A stretch of DNA of 64,000 bases from Gemmatimonadaceae bacterium (lineage in GTDB: Bacteria; Gemmatimonadota; Gemmatimonadetes; Gemmatimonadales; Gemmatimonadaceae), in contig JBHYGA010000004.1 of NCBI GenBank assembly GCA_051859245.1, positions 672,001-736,000 of the forward strand, written 5' to 3'. The position numbers and the translations under genes were made by a program. The notes below the pieces were generated by a model. It had not been told where the DNA came from, ran no database searches, and saw only the letters and a list, made by a program, of their open reading frames with translations. Below are positions 36,992-46,379 of the stretch, piece by piece. Each line of letters begins with the position of its first letter. Position 1 is the first letter of the stretch.

Positions 36992-38265
36992 GAACAGCCC
37001 CCGCGCCTGGCCCATCGCGTGTGTTCACGCCCGCTCTCGCCGCGCTCGGCGTGGCGATGGCGCTGAGCGCGGATGGCGTGGGCGCGCAGGAACGGCTTGT
37101 GGGCAGTCGAACGAGCGGCGTGGGCGTATCGTATGAGCGCGTCACGTTCGGTGGCGCTGGTCTGTTGCAGTCGGCATTCGCTGGCATTGATACGGCGCGC
37201 GTGAAGAGTGTGGATCAGTTCACGTTGCCGATTACGGCGTCCACTCCCATCGGTGGCACCAGTTGGCGCCTCGATGTGACCACGCTGTACGCATCCGGTC
37301 AGGTCACGTTCAGCGATCGGCTCGCGCCCGGTGGAACGCGCACCGCCACGCTCAGCGGCATCAGTGATGTGCGCACCCGCGCGACCGGTCGGTTCTTGCA
37401 TGACGCCGTGGTCATGACCGTTGGCCTGAACTTGCCAACGGGACAAACGACGCTTGATGGCTCGGAGTTCAGTACGCTGCGCATTGTGGCGTCACCAGCG
37501 CTCGGCCTTGGCAGCTCGCCTGTTGGATCCGGACTGAGCGGCACACTCGGCCTCGTGTTCGCGCAACAAGTGGGCGCGTGGTCACTCGCGTACGGCAGTT
37601 CATATGAAGCGCGCGGCAAGTATCAGCCGGTCGCCGCGTTGATCGCGGGTACTGGTGCGTCAGATTTTCTGCCGGGCGGCGTGTTTCGCCTCTCGCTTGG
37701 CGCCGACCGTCTGGTGGGAGCGCACCGTCTCAGCGTGGCGGCGGCCGCTGATGTGTTTGCCGATGATCGTTTGCGTGGCGCGGCGATCGAAGACTCGGCA
37801 ACGACAACGACGCTGAGCGAATCGCGCGTGCGTCTTGGTCCCGTGTTGAGTGGTGATGTGCAGCTGCTGATTGCGGCGCCGAAATTTCGGGAGTTGCTGG
37901 CGTACAGCTCGTTTCGGTGGCGCGCTCCGTATGCGCGCGATGGAAAAACGGTGGAGCGTTCTAGCGGACAATATCTCGAAGCCGGAACGCGCGCAGTGGT
38001 TCCGTGGGGAGCACAACGCGGGGTGATTCTGTCCGCCGACGCGCGTTGGCACTCGGGTCTCGGTGTTGACCAGGGGCTGCCCACCGCTGGGGTCACGAGT
38101 GGTGCGGTATCGGCAGGATTGCAAATCGAACGAGGGTTGCTGTCGTTCTATCCGTATGTGCGCGCGCAGGCCGGTTCATTGCGTCAACGAAGTGCGCAGG
38201 TGCAGTCGGGCAGTCAGAGTTTTTCTGGTGCAGGTGGTGGACTCGTCATCGTGTCTCGGTTCTGA
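36988..38265 (+). CDS. Hypothetical outer-membrane beta-barrel protein
   Basis: Signal peptide, alternating amphipathic strands, SGISDVRTR and GLNLPTG motifs, terminal GLVIVSRF; start overlaps the upstream stop (GTGA). Confidence 0.72.
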   Translation: MRTAPAPGPSRVFTPALAALGVAMALSADGVGAQERLVGSRTSGVGVSYERVTFGGAGLLQSAFAGIDTARVKSVDQFTLPITASTPIGGTSWRLDVTTLYASGQVTFSDRLAPGGTRTATLSGISDVRTRATGRFLHDAVVMTVGLNLPTGQTTLDGSEFSTLRIVASPALGLGSSPVGSGLSGTLGLVFAQQVGAWSLAYGSSYEARGKYQPVAALIAGTGASDFLPGGVFRLSLGADRLVGAHRLSVAAAADVFADDRLRGAAIEDSATTTTLSESRVRLGPVLSGDVQLLIAAPKFRELLAYSSFRWRAPYARDGKTVERSSGQYLEAGTRAVVPWGAQRGVILSADARWHSGLGVDQGLPTAGVTSGAVSAGLQIERGLLSFYPYVRAQAGSLRQRSAQVQSGSQSFSGAGGGLVIVSRF

Positions 38266-38272
38266 GGGAACC

Positions 38273-41200
38273 ATGCAGACTCTCAATAGCCCTACGCAGC
38301 GGTCGAATCGTTGGTCTCGTCTTCGACAGACCAGCTGTCTCGCGTTGTCACTGATCACGTTTTCGGCGTGCGCCCCCTTGGCCGATTTGCTCACGCCAGG
38401 ACAGCGTGGCACCGTCGAGCCGGCAGCCGTGGCGTTGCAGGCGAATATCCCGCGCTTTAATACCAGCGCGAACGATGTGGTGACATTGAATGTGATTGCC
38501 AGTTACGTGAGAAAGGACGCATCGCGCGTTCGCATCGGCACGCAAACGCTGGCGTTGAGCAATTCGGAGTTGCAGTCGGTACCGATTCCGGTTGATGTGG
38601 GAACGTGTCTCGCGGATCCACAGCGAGACGGTGGCACGGGTTCATGTGTGGTTGTGCTGAATCTGGCCTTGCTGGTGAACGGCATTGTGGTTGACGAGCA
38701 AGTAGTCGGCCCGCTCTCGCTCACGCCCGGACAGCCTACGGAAGTCTCCGAGCCGGTCACGTTGTTCAGTATTGCAGCGCTTGAAATCGTGGACGGCAGC
38801 GGCGCGCCCGTATCCACCACCGCGCCCGTCGTTGTGAATCTTGGTGACGCTCCTCGGCTACGTGCCCGTGTGCTCGACGGCGACGGGAATGTGGTGAATG
38901 ATCGCGCGGCCACGTGGCGGAGTGATGCGCCAGCTGTGGCCACGATTAGCGAAACGGGCAACGTGACAACGCTGACTGTTGGCACGGCACGTTTCACCGC
39001 GTCACTCGGTACGCTTTCAACTACGGTGACCGCGAGCGTGGTGCGGCCACCGGCCGCGTTGGAAGTAGTTGGCGCCGCTGGAAGCGGGCGTGGTACCGTG
39101 CGTTCCACACCCGCCGGCATTGATTGTCGCGTTGACGAAGCCGCAACAACGGGCACGTGCAGCTTCACGTTTCCGGGTGACGCGAATGTCGAACTGCGCT
39201 CCATCCCCGACGATGGCAACCTGTTCGCCGCGTGGGGTGAAGAATGTTCGGCGTCCTCACGCGAAAATACCTGCACCGTGCGCATGTCCACGGCACGACG
39301 GGCGAGCGCACGGTTCAGCGCACTTCGTCGCATCACGATTGCGCCGAGTGCGACCAGTGATGGTCGCGGACGCGTGACGGGATCGGCGGGACTGGACTGT
39401 GTGATCACGGCAGGCGCAGCGTCAGGCAACTGCAGTGTGCAGGTTGAGCAAGGCACGAACGTCGCACTTACCGCAACACCGGAGCCTCGATCGGACGGCA
39501 CACCAACCCGTCAGCTGTTTGCGGGATGGGGCGGTGATTGCAGCGCGGCGAACGGTGCCGCCTGTGCTTTCACGGCCGGTGCAACCAACACCAATGCAAC
39601 GGTCACGTTCTTCGACGAACGTCGACTCAAGGTATCCACGGCGGGTGATGGTGGCGGTCTGGTGCGCGCCGGTTCGTTGGTGCAGTGCGCTCGCGCCGTT
39701 GGTGCGACAAGTGGCGCGTGCGAAGTGCCGCTCACGCACGGTTCGCTTGTCACGCTCACCGCCACGGCCGATGATCGCTCCGAGTTCAAAGGTTGGACCG
39801 GCGCGTGTACCGCTCGCGCTGGCGATTGCACGGTGACGATGACGGAAGCGCGTACGGTGACCGCGACGTTCGCGCGACCCACCGCCACGCTGACGATCAC
39901 GGGCATCGCGGGCAGCGGTCGCGGTACGATCCGTTCGCAACCGGCGGGCATTGATTGCCGCGTTGTTGGCGCCGCGACAAGTGGCGCGTGCTCGTTCACA
40001 TTTGCTGATCGCGTGACCGTGACGTTGCTGGCCGTTCCCGACGCGGGCAACGCGTTTGCTGCCTGGGGCAATGCGTGTGCGGCGGCGGGAGACGCCACCT
40101 CGTGCGAGCTCCAGCTCACCACGGAACGCGCGGTCAGCGCTGGTTTCACGGCGCTTCGGCAGGTGTCGGTGCGTGCGGCCACATCAAGTGACGGACGCGG
40201 TCGGGTCACGAGCCCGAACGGACTGGATTGCACGTTGAATGGCACCACGGCCACAGGAACCTGCACGGTGCCAGTGCGTGATGGAGAGAACATCACACTC
40301 ACGGCGACGCCGGAAGCGGGCGTGGCGTCGCTGCAGACCTTTGGGGCGTGGGGCGGCGACTGTGCAACGTCTACCGGTACGAACTGCACACTTTCTGTAG
40401 ACGGCGCGAATCGCGCGGTGACGGCGCTGTTCCAGGGCGAACGTCGACTGCAGGTGAACATTGTGGGCACCGGTGGTGGATCGGTGGCCTCCGGTATGCT
40501 GGTGCAGTGCACACGCGTCAACGGCAATACCAGCGGAACGTGTGACGTGCCGTTTGCGCACAGCACCGTTGTCTCGCTCGTGGCCACGGCGGACGGTCAG
40601 TCGCTGTTCAGTGGCTGGACGGGCGGTGTGTGCACAAGCAACACGAACGTGTGCACCGTCACTATGTCGCAAGCGCGCAGTGTCACGGCTACATTCACCC
40701 GACGTGCGGTTGACCCAACGATTCAGGTTGGACCGGTCGCCGGTTCTACCGGATCGGGTGTGTTGACCACACCATCGTTCAGCAACGGACTGAACTGTGC
40801 ATATGCGTTGGGCTCCACATCAGGCGCGTGCGTGATGACGGTGCCAGCCGGTACCAGCGTGAGTATCTCGGCGGCGTCCAATCCGGCGAGTGCGCTCGTG
40901 GCGTGGGGTGATGCGTGCGCCGGTACGATGTCGTTCACCTGTTCCGTGAATCCCACCAGCGCCACGATTGTCTCCGCACGTTTTGCGGCGGCGATTGATG
41001 TGAACATGGTGATCAGCGGATCGGGAACCGGTGCCGTTAGCTTTGCGATTCCGAGTGTGCCCTCGCAGCCGGTGTGTACCGGTTTGTCCGGACAAACCCG
41101 TACCTGTCGCTACGCTCTGCCTATTGGCAACTCGGGTGTGTTCCGCGCGACACCAGCGGCGGGGTCAAGTTTTGTCGGGTTCAGCGGTGCCTGTCAGGAG

Positions 41201-41281
41201 GGCGTGGGACCGGTGCCGGTGTGTACGTACCAGGGCTTCGGCTTTGTCCGCGAGATTCGGGCGGTGTTCAGCTCGCCGTGA
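38273..41281 (+). CDS. Large surface lipoprotein: Big_2-like Ig domain plus 8 Cys-rich divergent InlB B-type repeats
   Basis: Lipobox FSAC; ATWRSDAPAVATIS.TG.VT (Big_2-like); repeats of G.GTV...GIDC..C..V.L.A.P..F.GWGG.C..C.V....A.F. Confidence 0.85.
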   Translation: MQTLNSPTQRSNRWSRLRQTSCLALSLITFSACAPLADLLTPGQRGTVEPAAVALQANIPRFNTSANDVVTLNVIASYVRKDASRVRIGTQTLALSNSELQSVPIPVDVGTCLADPQRDGGTGSCVVVLNLALLVNGIVVDEQVVGPLSLTPGQPTEVSEPVTLFSIAALEIVDGSGAPVSTTAPVVVNLGDAPRLRARVLDGDGNVVNDRAATWRSDAPAVATISETGNVTTLTVGTARFTASLGTLSTTVTASVVRPPAALEVVGAAGSGRGTVRSTPAGIDCRVDEAATTGTCSFTFPGDANVELRSIPDDGNLFAAWGEECSASSRENTCTVRMSTARRASARFSALRRITIAPSATSDGRGRVTGSAGLDCVITAGAASGNCSVQVEQGTNVALTATPEPRSDGTPTRQLFAGWGGDCSAANGAACAFTAGATNTNATVTFFDERRLKVSTAGDGGGLVRAGSLVQCARAVGATSGACEVPLTHGSLVTLTATADDRSEFKGWTGACTARAGDCTVTMTEARTVTATFARPTATLTITGIAGSGRGTIRSQPAGIDCRVVGAATSGACSFTFADRVTVTLLAVPDAGNAFAAWGNACAAAGDATSCELQLTTERAVSAGFTALRQVSVRAATSSDGRGRVTSPNGLDCTLNGTTATGTCTVPVRDGENITLTATPEAGVASLQTFGAWGGDCATSTGTNCTLSVDGANRAVTALFQGERRLQVNIVGTGGGSVASGMLVQCTRVNGNTSGTCDVPFAHSTVVSLVATADGQSLFSGWTGGVCTSNTNVCTVTMSQARSVTATFTRRAVDPTIQVGPVAGSTGSGVLTTPSFSNGLNCAYALGSTSGACVMTVPAGTSVSISAASNPASALVAWGDACAGTMSFTCSVNPTSATIVSARFAAAIDVNMVISGSGTGAVSFAIPSVPSQPVCTGLSGQTRTCRYALPIGNSGVFRATPAAGSSFVGFSGACQEGVGPVPVCTYQGFGFVREIRAVFSSP

Positions 41282-41304
41282 TGCGGGTTGCTCCACGAAC
41301 AAGA

Positions 41305-41345
41305 CAAACGCCCCGCGTGATCATCACGATCACGCGGGGCGTTTG
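41305..41345. terminator. Perfect hairpin between convergent genes
   Basis: CAAACGCCCCGCGTGATC-ATCAC-GATCACGCGGGGCGTTTG. Confidence 0.8.
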
Positions 41346-41365
41346 CGTCGTAACAAGTGTGCTGC

Positions 41366-42085
41366 TTATTCGCGCGTCAGCATCGCCACTTTCGCCTGCA
41401 ACGGCTTGTATTCAGGCGCCAACGCCACCGCAGTGCGAATGAACGCGTCGCGCGCGGGAATGTCCTTCTTGTCTTCGGCTTCGAGGGCCTGACTCATGGC
41501 CATCATTGCCTTGAACTGATTGGGATTCTTTGACGCAGGAATCGTTGCACTCGCCGTCTTCAACGCTGGCAGCTTGAGGCCCGCGTTGATTTTCTGTCCA
41601 AGCTGCATGACGAGATCAAGCAGGTTGTCGGACTTGCCATTGACCGTCTGCACGTACTCGATCGCCGACGTTTCCGTATTCACCGCGCGTACGTCGATGC
41701 GCATGTTCTTGTTTGGGTCGATCACGAAACTACCCATCAGCATGTGGCGCGCACCAAGCGTTTTGCCAAGCTTGACCGCCGTCTCCTTGTCCACACGATC
41801 ACTGTTCTGCAGATTTTGTTCTTCGAGCAGCGGCTGCAGCCGATCACGCTCAACAACGCGCACCGCACTGTTCTGTGCGATCTCGTTGATGAGCATTTCG
41901 GCCATGCCCTTGCTCAACGGGGCGTACGAGTTGAAATCCACCAGTGCGCTGTTGGTGAAGTACAGTACGGCCACAGTGGGCCGCGTATCCGCGCTGGTAT
42001 TCTGAGCGGAAAGCGGCAGGGCACAGGCGACCAGAAGCGCGGGCAACATTCGGCGGGTCCAGCGGACCGTTGATGGCGTCGGCAT
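41366..42085 (-). CDS. Secreted CsgG/HfaB-like protein with C-terminal TPR-like helices
   Basis: Signal ending LSAQ; PTVAVLYF.N, VRVVERDRLQPLLEEQ, TAVKLGKTLGARHMLMGSF, IDVRAVNTET; GAGG upstream. Confidence 0.85.
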   Translation of the reverse strand: MPTPSTVRWTRRMLPALLVACALPLSAQNTSADTRPTVAVLYFTNSALVDFNSYAPLSKGMAEMLINEIAQNSAVRVVERDRLQPLLEEQNLQNSDRVDKETAVKLGKTLGARHMLMGSFVIDPNKNMRIDVRAVNTETSAIEYVQTVNGKSDNLLDLVMQLGQKINAGLKLPALKTASATIPASKNPNQFKAMMAMSQALEAEDKKDIPARDAFIRTAVALAPEYKPLQAKVAMLTRE

Positions 42086-42171
42086 TGAAACACCTCGTGA
42101 GTGAGAAAGGAACAGCGGTCTAACCTTGTGCGTGACGGCTCCGCCGTCAAGCAGTTATTCATTCCCGGATC

Positions 42172-44043
42172 ATGCCCAAGACCTGCCCCGTCTGCAGTAC
42201 CACCTATCCCGATAGCGATGCGTTTTGCCCTAAGGACGGGACCACGCTGCTTATGGATGAGGCCGCTTCGTCGCTGGTGGGCAGTGTGATCGCCGACCGG
42301 TACCTCGTGACCAAGCTCCTGGGCGAGGGCGGCATGGGGCAGGTCTACCTGGCCGGTCATGTGCGTTTGCCGCAGCAGGCGGCCATCAAAGTGCTGCACG
42401 CCAGCATGGTGCAGGACCCCGGCGCGATCGCACGCTTTAACCGGGAGGCCGCGAATGCCGCCCGCATTGAGCATGAACGGGTCGCGCGCGTGTTCGACTT
42501 TGGCGAGACGAACAAGGGGCTCGTCTACCTGGCCATGGAGTTCGTGCCTGGGCGCACGCTGCGCGAGGTGCTGGAAGAGGCCGGCCGCCTGGAGCCGCAG
42601 CGGGCGGCCAACATTGTCTATCAGGTCGCCGAGGGGCTCGAGGCCGCGCATCGGATCAGCATCGTCCACCGCGATCTCAAACCGGACAACATCCTCGTTG
42701 TGTCGGACGAGCCCGGGGTGGACCGCTGCAAAGTGGTGGACTTTGGCATCGCGAAGGCGTTTGACGACAGCGAAAACCGGAAGACCCAGCTCACGCAGGC
42801 CGGCGCGATCATTGGCACGCCGGAATACATGAGCCCGGAGCAGGTGCTGGGCGAGCAGCTGGACGCGCGCAGCGATGTGTACGCGTTGGCCGTGGTCGCC
42901 TATCATCTGCTCACCGGTCAGCTGCCGTTTTCGGCCGCTACTCCGGAGCGCAGCCTGACGGCGCGTTTGATCAGCGATCCGATGTCGCTGGCGCAGACCG
43001 CGCCCGATGTGGCGTGGCCGGAGGGTATGCAGGCCGCATTCGACCGGGCACTCAGTCGCGAACCTGATACGCGCACGTCGTCGGCGCTGCAGTTCGCCGA
43101 AGAACTCATCGCGGCCACAGAGGGCTGGACGGGGCACCTGGTGCTGCGAGGCCGCACGCCTGCGTCGACGGCATCGCTGTCGACGGCCCGAACCGCCGCG
43201 ATTCCGAACGCTGGCGGCGCCGTGGCGGCCATGCGCAACGCGCCCACACTCGAAGTGAATGTGAAGGCGGCGACGGACAAGGCGATGGAAGCGAAAGCGG
43301 CGGGCAAAGCGGCTGCAGCAGCCACGCTAGCGCCTGCCGCCGCGGCACCGTCAGCGGCGTCTGGCGTCACACCGAAGCCGGCGTCGGCACCAAACCGCAC
43401 TCCGATGCTCATTGGCGCCCTGGTGGTGCTGGCGGCGATCGTGGGCGGTGTGGTCATGATGGGTGGCGGCGATGCCGCGAGCGATGGTGGGTCTACGGTG
43501 GCCGCGGAGTCAGCGGCGCCTGACCTGGCAGACGCGAACGTGTCTCCGAGCGCGGCGCCGAGCGCGGCGCCGAGCGCGGCCGACGCGCCGCGCGGCGAGG
43601 CGGCACCGCTGGCCCCACCCGCGTCGGCGGCGCCGAATGCTACTGGGCAGCGAGCCGGGGCGGCCACCGAGGCACCGCCGGTGTCAGCCGCCACCCAAGC
43701 CGCAGCGCCCGTTGTTGACCCGGCGGCGTCTGTCGCGGCAGCCGAGGCGCAGCGAGAGTTGAAAGCGATTCAGGACCGGTTGCGCAACGCGCCTGATGAC
43801 GACGCCGCGTTGATCGCGGCGGGGCGCGCTGAAATTCCGCGCCTCGAGCGACTGCTGCCGCGATTCACCACCGCGGTGGACAGTGTGTGGGTGTACGTGT
43901 GGCTCACGAATGCCTCGCACGCCGCGAACGAGCCCATCAAAAAGTGCTCGGCGCTGCGCACCGCCAACCGGCTGGCCACATCACCGGCACAAGTTGAAGC
44001 GGTGATGAATCTGAAAACGGTGTTCGGCGAAGAGTGTCTGTAG
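42172..44043 (+). CDS. Hanks-type Ser/Thr kinase with N-terminal zinc-ribbon-like motif, one TM and an extracytoplasmic helical domain
   Basis: CPVC..FCPKDG; LGEGGMGQVY, AIKVL, HRDLKPDN, DFGIAK, GTPEYMSPEQ; TM LIGALVVLAAIVGGVVMM. Confidence 0.94.
   Translation: MPKTCPVCSTTYPDSDAFCPKDGTTLLMDEAASSLVGSVIADRYLVTKLLGEGGMGQVYLAGHVRLPQQAAIKVLHASMVQDPGAIARFNREAANAARIEHERVARVFDFGETNKGLVYLAMEFVPGRTLREVLEEAGRLEPQRAANIVYQVAEGLEAAHRISIVHRDLKPDNILVVSDEPGVDRCKVVDFGIAKAFDDSENRKTQLTQAGAIIGTPEYMSPEQVLGEQLDARSDVYALAVVAYHLLTGQLPFSAATPERSLTARLISDPMSLAQTAPDVAWPEGMQAAFDRALSREPDTRTSSALQFAEELIAATEGWTGHLVLRGRTPASTASLSTARTAAIPNAGGAVAAMRNAPTLEVNVKAATDKAMEAKAAGKAAAAATLAPAAAAPSAASGVTPKPASAPNRTPMLIGALVVLAAIVGGVVMMGGGDAASDGGSTVAAESAAPDLADANVSPSAAPSAAPSAADAPRGEAAPLAPPASAAPNATGQRAGAATEAPPVSAATQAAAPVVDPAASVAAAEAQRELKAIQDRLRNAPDDDAALIAAGRAEIPRLERLLPRFTTAVDSVWVYVWLTNASHAANEPIKKCSALRTANRLATSPAQVEAVMNLKTVFGEECL
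43546..43580 (+). repeat. 12-bp tandem repeat x3 (CCGAGCGCGGCG) encoding PSAA in the kinase linker
   Basis: Read directly from the sequence. Confidence 0.85.
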
Positions 44044-44071
44044 CACGCCGACGCGCAGCATTGAGCGCGCG

Positions 44072-45229
44072 CTACCGTCCGTTCGCTACAGCTAGCAGAC
44101 GTTCTCCCGCCGCGTGCAGCGTTTCTGCGCGTTTGGCAAAATGGAAGCGCAAATAGTTGTGAACCGGCTCGCGAAAGAAACTTGAGCCAGCCACACCGGC
44201 CACGCCGATTGTTTTGATGAACCAGTCTGATGCGTCGCTGTCGCGCTCGAATCCGAGCGCGCCAATGTCCACCATCACGTAGTACGCGCCTTGTGGTTCA
44301 GTGAACGGCAACCCGGTGCGTACGAGATAGTCGAGAAAGAGTGCGCGTTGCTGCGTATAGAACGCGCGCAGATCGACGTAATACTGATACGGAAACTCGA
44401 GCGCCGTGACGGCCGCTTCCTGCAATGGCGCGGCGGCGCCAATGGTGAGGAAGTCGTGCACCTTGCGTGCAGCACGGATGACGTTGGGCGCAGCCTGCAC
44501 ATAACCAATGCGCCACCCGGTAATGGAATACGTTTTTGACAACGAGTTGCACACAATCGTGCGCTCGAATGCACCGGGCAAGGCGTGCGTGTACACGTGC
44601 TCGTGTGGCGCATACACCATGTGCTCGTACGGCTCGTCGGTAATGATGTACGCATCATACTTTTCCGCGAGCGCCACAATCAGCGTAAGTTCGGCGCGCG
44701 AAAACACCTTGCCGGTCGGATTGCCGGGATTGCACAACACGATCGCCTTCGCGCCCTGAGCAAACGCGCGCTCAAGTTCCTCAGGATCGAAGGCGAACTC
44801 CGGTGGGCGCAGCGGTACCCAGATCGCCTCCGCACCGGCCAGAATCGTATCGGCGAAATAGTTCTCGTAGAACGGCGAAAAAATGATCACCTTGTCGCCG
44901 GGATTACACGCCGTCATCATCGCGACCATCATCGCTTCCGTGCTGCCACACGTGACGACGAGATGTTCGTCGGGATTGATTTCAACGCCGCCTGTGCGCG
45001 TGATCTTTCGCGCGAGTGCGTCCCGAAACCGTGCTGAGCCCCACGTCACCGCATACTGATGAAATGGGCCGCGCGCCGCGACCACAAGCGCATCCAGCAA
45101 TGCCGGTGGCGGCTCAAAGTCAGGAAACCCCTGCGCAAGATTGATCGCACCGTACTCATTCGCGGTGCGCGTGGTGTTCCGAATCACGGATTCGGAGATC
45201 GAGCTGAGCCGCTGCGACGTGGCTGGCAT
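44072..45229 (-). CDS. Class I/II PLP-dependent aminotransferase
   Basis: INLAQGFPDF, CNPGNPTG, TDEPY, SLSKTYSITGWRIGY. Confidence 0.94.
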   Translation of the reverse strand: MPATSQRLSSISESVIRNTTRTANEYGAINLAQGFPDFEPPPALLDALVVAARGPFHQYAVTWGSARFRDALARKITRTGGVEINPDEHLVVTCGSTEAMMVAMMTACNPGDKVIIFSPFYENYFADTILAGAEAIWVPLRPPEFAFDPEELERAFAQGAKAIVLCNPGNPTGKVFSRAELTLIVALAEKYDAYIITDEPYEHMVYAPHEHVYTHALPGAFERTIVCNSLSKTYSITGWRIGYVQAAPNVIRAARKVHDFLTIGAAAPLQEAAVTALEFPYQYYVDLRAFYTQQRALFLDYLVRTGLPFTEPQGAYYVMVDIGALGFERDSDASDWFIKTIGVAGVAGSSFFREPVHNYLRFHFAKRAETLHAAGERLLAVANGR

Positions 45230-45450
45230 GCCGATTGGGTAAGAAATGAAGCGAGGCGGTGAACGTCGACCTCAACCTTCACCCGCAACGGGCGCGGGTC
45301 AATCACTCGCCTCGGGAGTTGGCCCAAAACACGCAGTTGCACTGTTCCGGAGAGCGAGAAGCCGCAGTGCGCGCCTCAGGGCACTGGCCTATCTTTCAGA
45401 GAGTGAGATTTCACTGCAGGTTGATGTCATGGTCATTTTCGGAGCTCAGT

Positions 45451-46323
45451 ATGTCGTGGACGCATGATTACAAAGTGAAGCTTGAAGCAGCACCTGCCAC
45501 TGTATTCACCGCGCTCACCACAGGCAGCGCGCTTACCGTTTGGTTTGCCGAGCACGCACAACCCGGTGCCGCCACGGGCGAAAATTTTGCGTTCTGGGGT
45601 CGTCACTCCCTCGAAACGCCCACCCAAACGCAGGCCACGCAGCGAATCATTGCGTTTGACGCCGGTCGTCGGCTCGGCTTTTCATGGGCGATTCATGGCG
45701 TCAAGACCACGGTCAATATCGCCTTGACTGAAGAGGGAGACGGGTGTCAGCTCGCGCTGCGTCACGAGATTCACGGATCGTTGCCGGCGTCGCGTGAGCG
45801 CGAGCTGATCGACGATCACTGGCGTCTCGCGTTCGGCAATCTGGCCGCCTATCTCGCCGGTGGGGCGGGCATCACGCTCCCTGACTTTACCGATCGCTCG
45901 CCCAGCGTGCAGCAGCAGGTCGTGATTGAAACGACGCCCGCGCGCGTGTTCGCGGCACTCACCACACCGGCTCTTGTGAATCAGTGGTTTGGCTCGAAGG
46001 GTGCGGAGATCGAACCCAAGGCCGGTGGCAAGTACGCGCTCAACTGGCAGTACAAGGTGGATGGGAGAGATGTGGTTGGCGGTCCGACCACGATTCTTGA
46101 ATACGTCGATGGCGAACGATTGGTGCTCGACTGGCCTGACTGGCGCGGCGATGCGACGGTCAAGGGTCAGACCATCGCATTCAGTCTTGAACCACACGGC
46201 GAACATACGCGTTTGCATTTTGTGCACGCCGGTTTCGGACGCCCAACCGACATCAGCGATTTCCCGTTCGGATGGAACTGGTTCCTGTCCGAGTTGCGAA
46301 AGGTTGCAACGGCGCAGGCGTAG
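45451..46323 (+). CDS. Tandem SRPBCC/AHSA1-like domain protein
   Basis: Two copies of P..VF.ALT....L..WF..., each ending in a W-bearing helix; ATG at 45451 after GGAG. Confidence 0.85.
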   Translation: MSWTHDYKVKLEAAPATVFTALTTGSALTVWFAEHAQPGAATGENFAFWGRHSLETPTQTQATQRIIAFDAGRRLGFSWAIHGVKTTVNIALTEEGDGCQLALRHEIHGSLPASRERELIDDHWRLAFGNLAAYLAGGAGITLPDFTDRSPSVQQQVVIETTPARVFAALTTPALVNQWFGSKGAEIEPKAGGKYALNWQYKVDGRDVVGGPTTILEYVDGERLVLDWPDWRGDATVKGQTIAFSLEPHGEHTRLHFVHAGFGRPTDISDFPFGWNWFLSELRKVATAQA

Positions 46324-46379
46324 GCAGGATCTGCCGGACGCAGCGTCATCGTCAGTTCAACGAACGCATTGAGAGTGAC

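Noticed and set aside
35804..37015. N-terminal ~400 aa of the 639-aa ORF 35096..37015(-)
   Set aside because: Antisense shadow of the CsgG-like gene; the PEP-CTERM protein has its own RBS and signal peptide at GTG 35803.
36011..42085. Curli or holdfast biogenesis operon
   Set aside because: No curlin-repeat genes, csgE/F or hfaA/D; only the CsgG-like fold is shared.
41914..43137. 407-aa minus-strand ORF
   Set aside because: Antisense shadow of the Ser/Thr kinase; no motifs, typical of high-GC sequence.
45340..45420. Glycine-riboswitch-like words (GGAGAG..CGCCTCAGG..CTTTCAG) upstream of the SRPBCC gene
   Set aside because: The core GCCGAAGG and CTCTCAGG motifs are not matched; a simple CAGTGC/GCACTG hairpin explains the region. 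An Rfam/Infernal scan would settle it.
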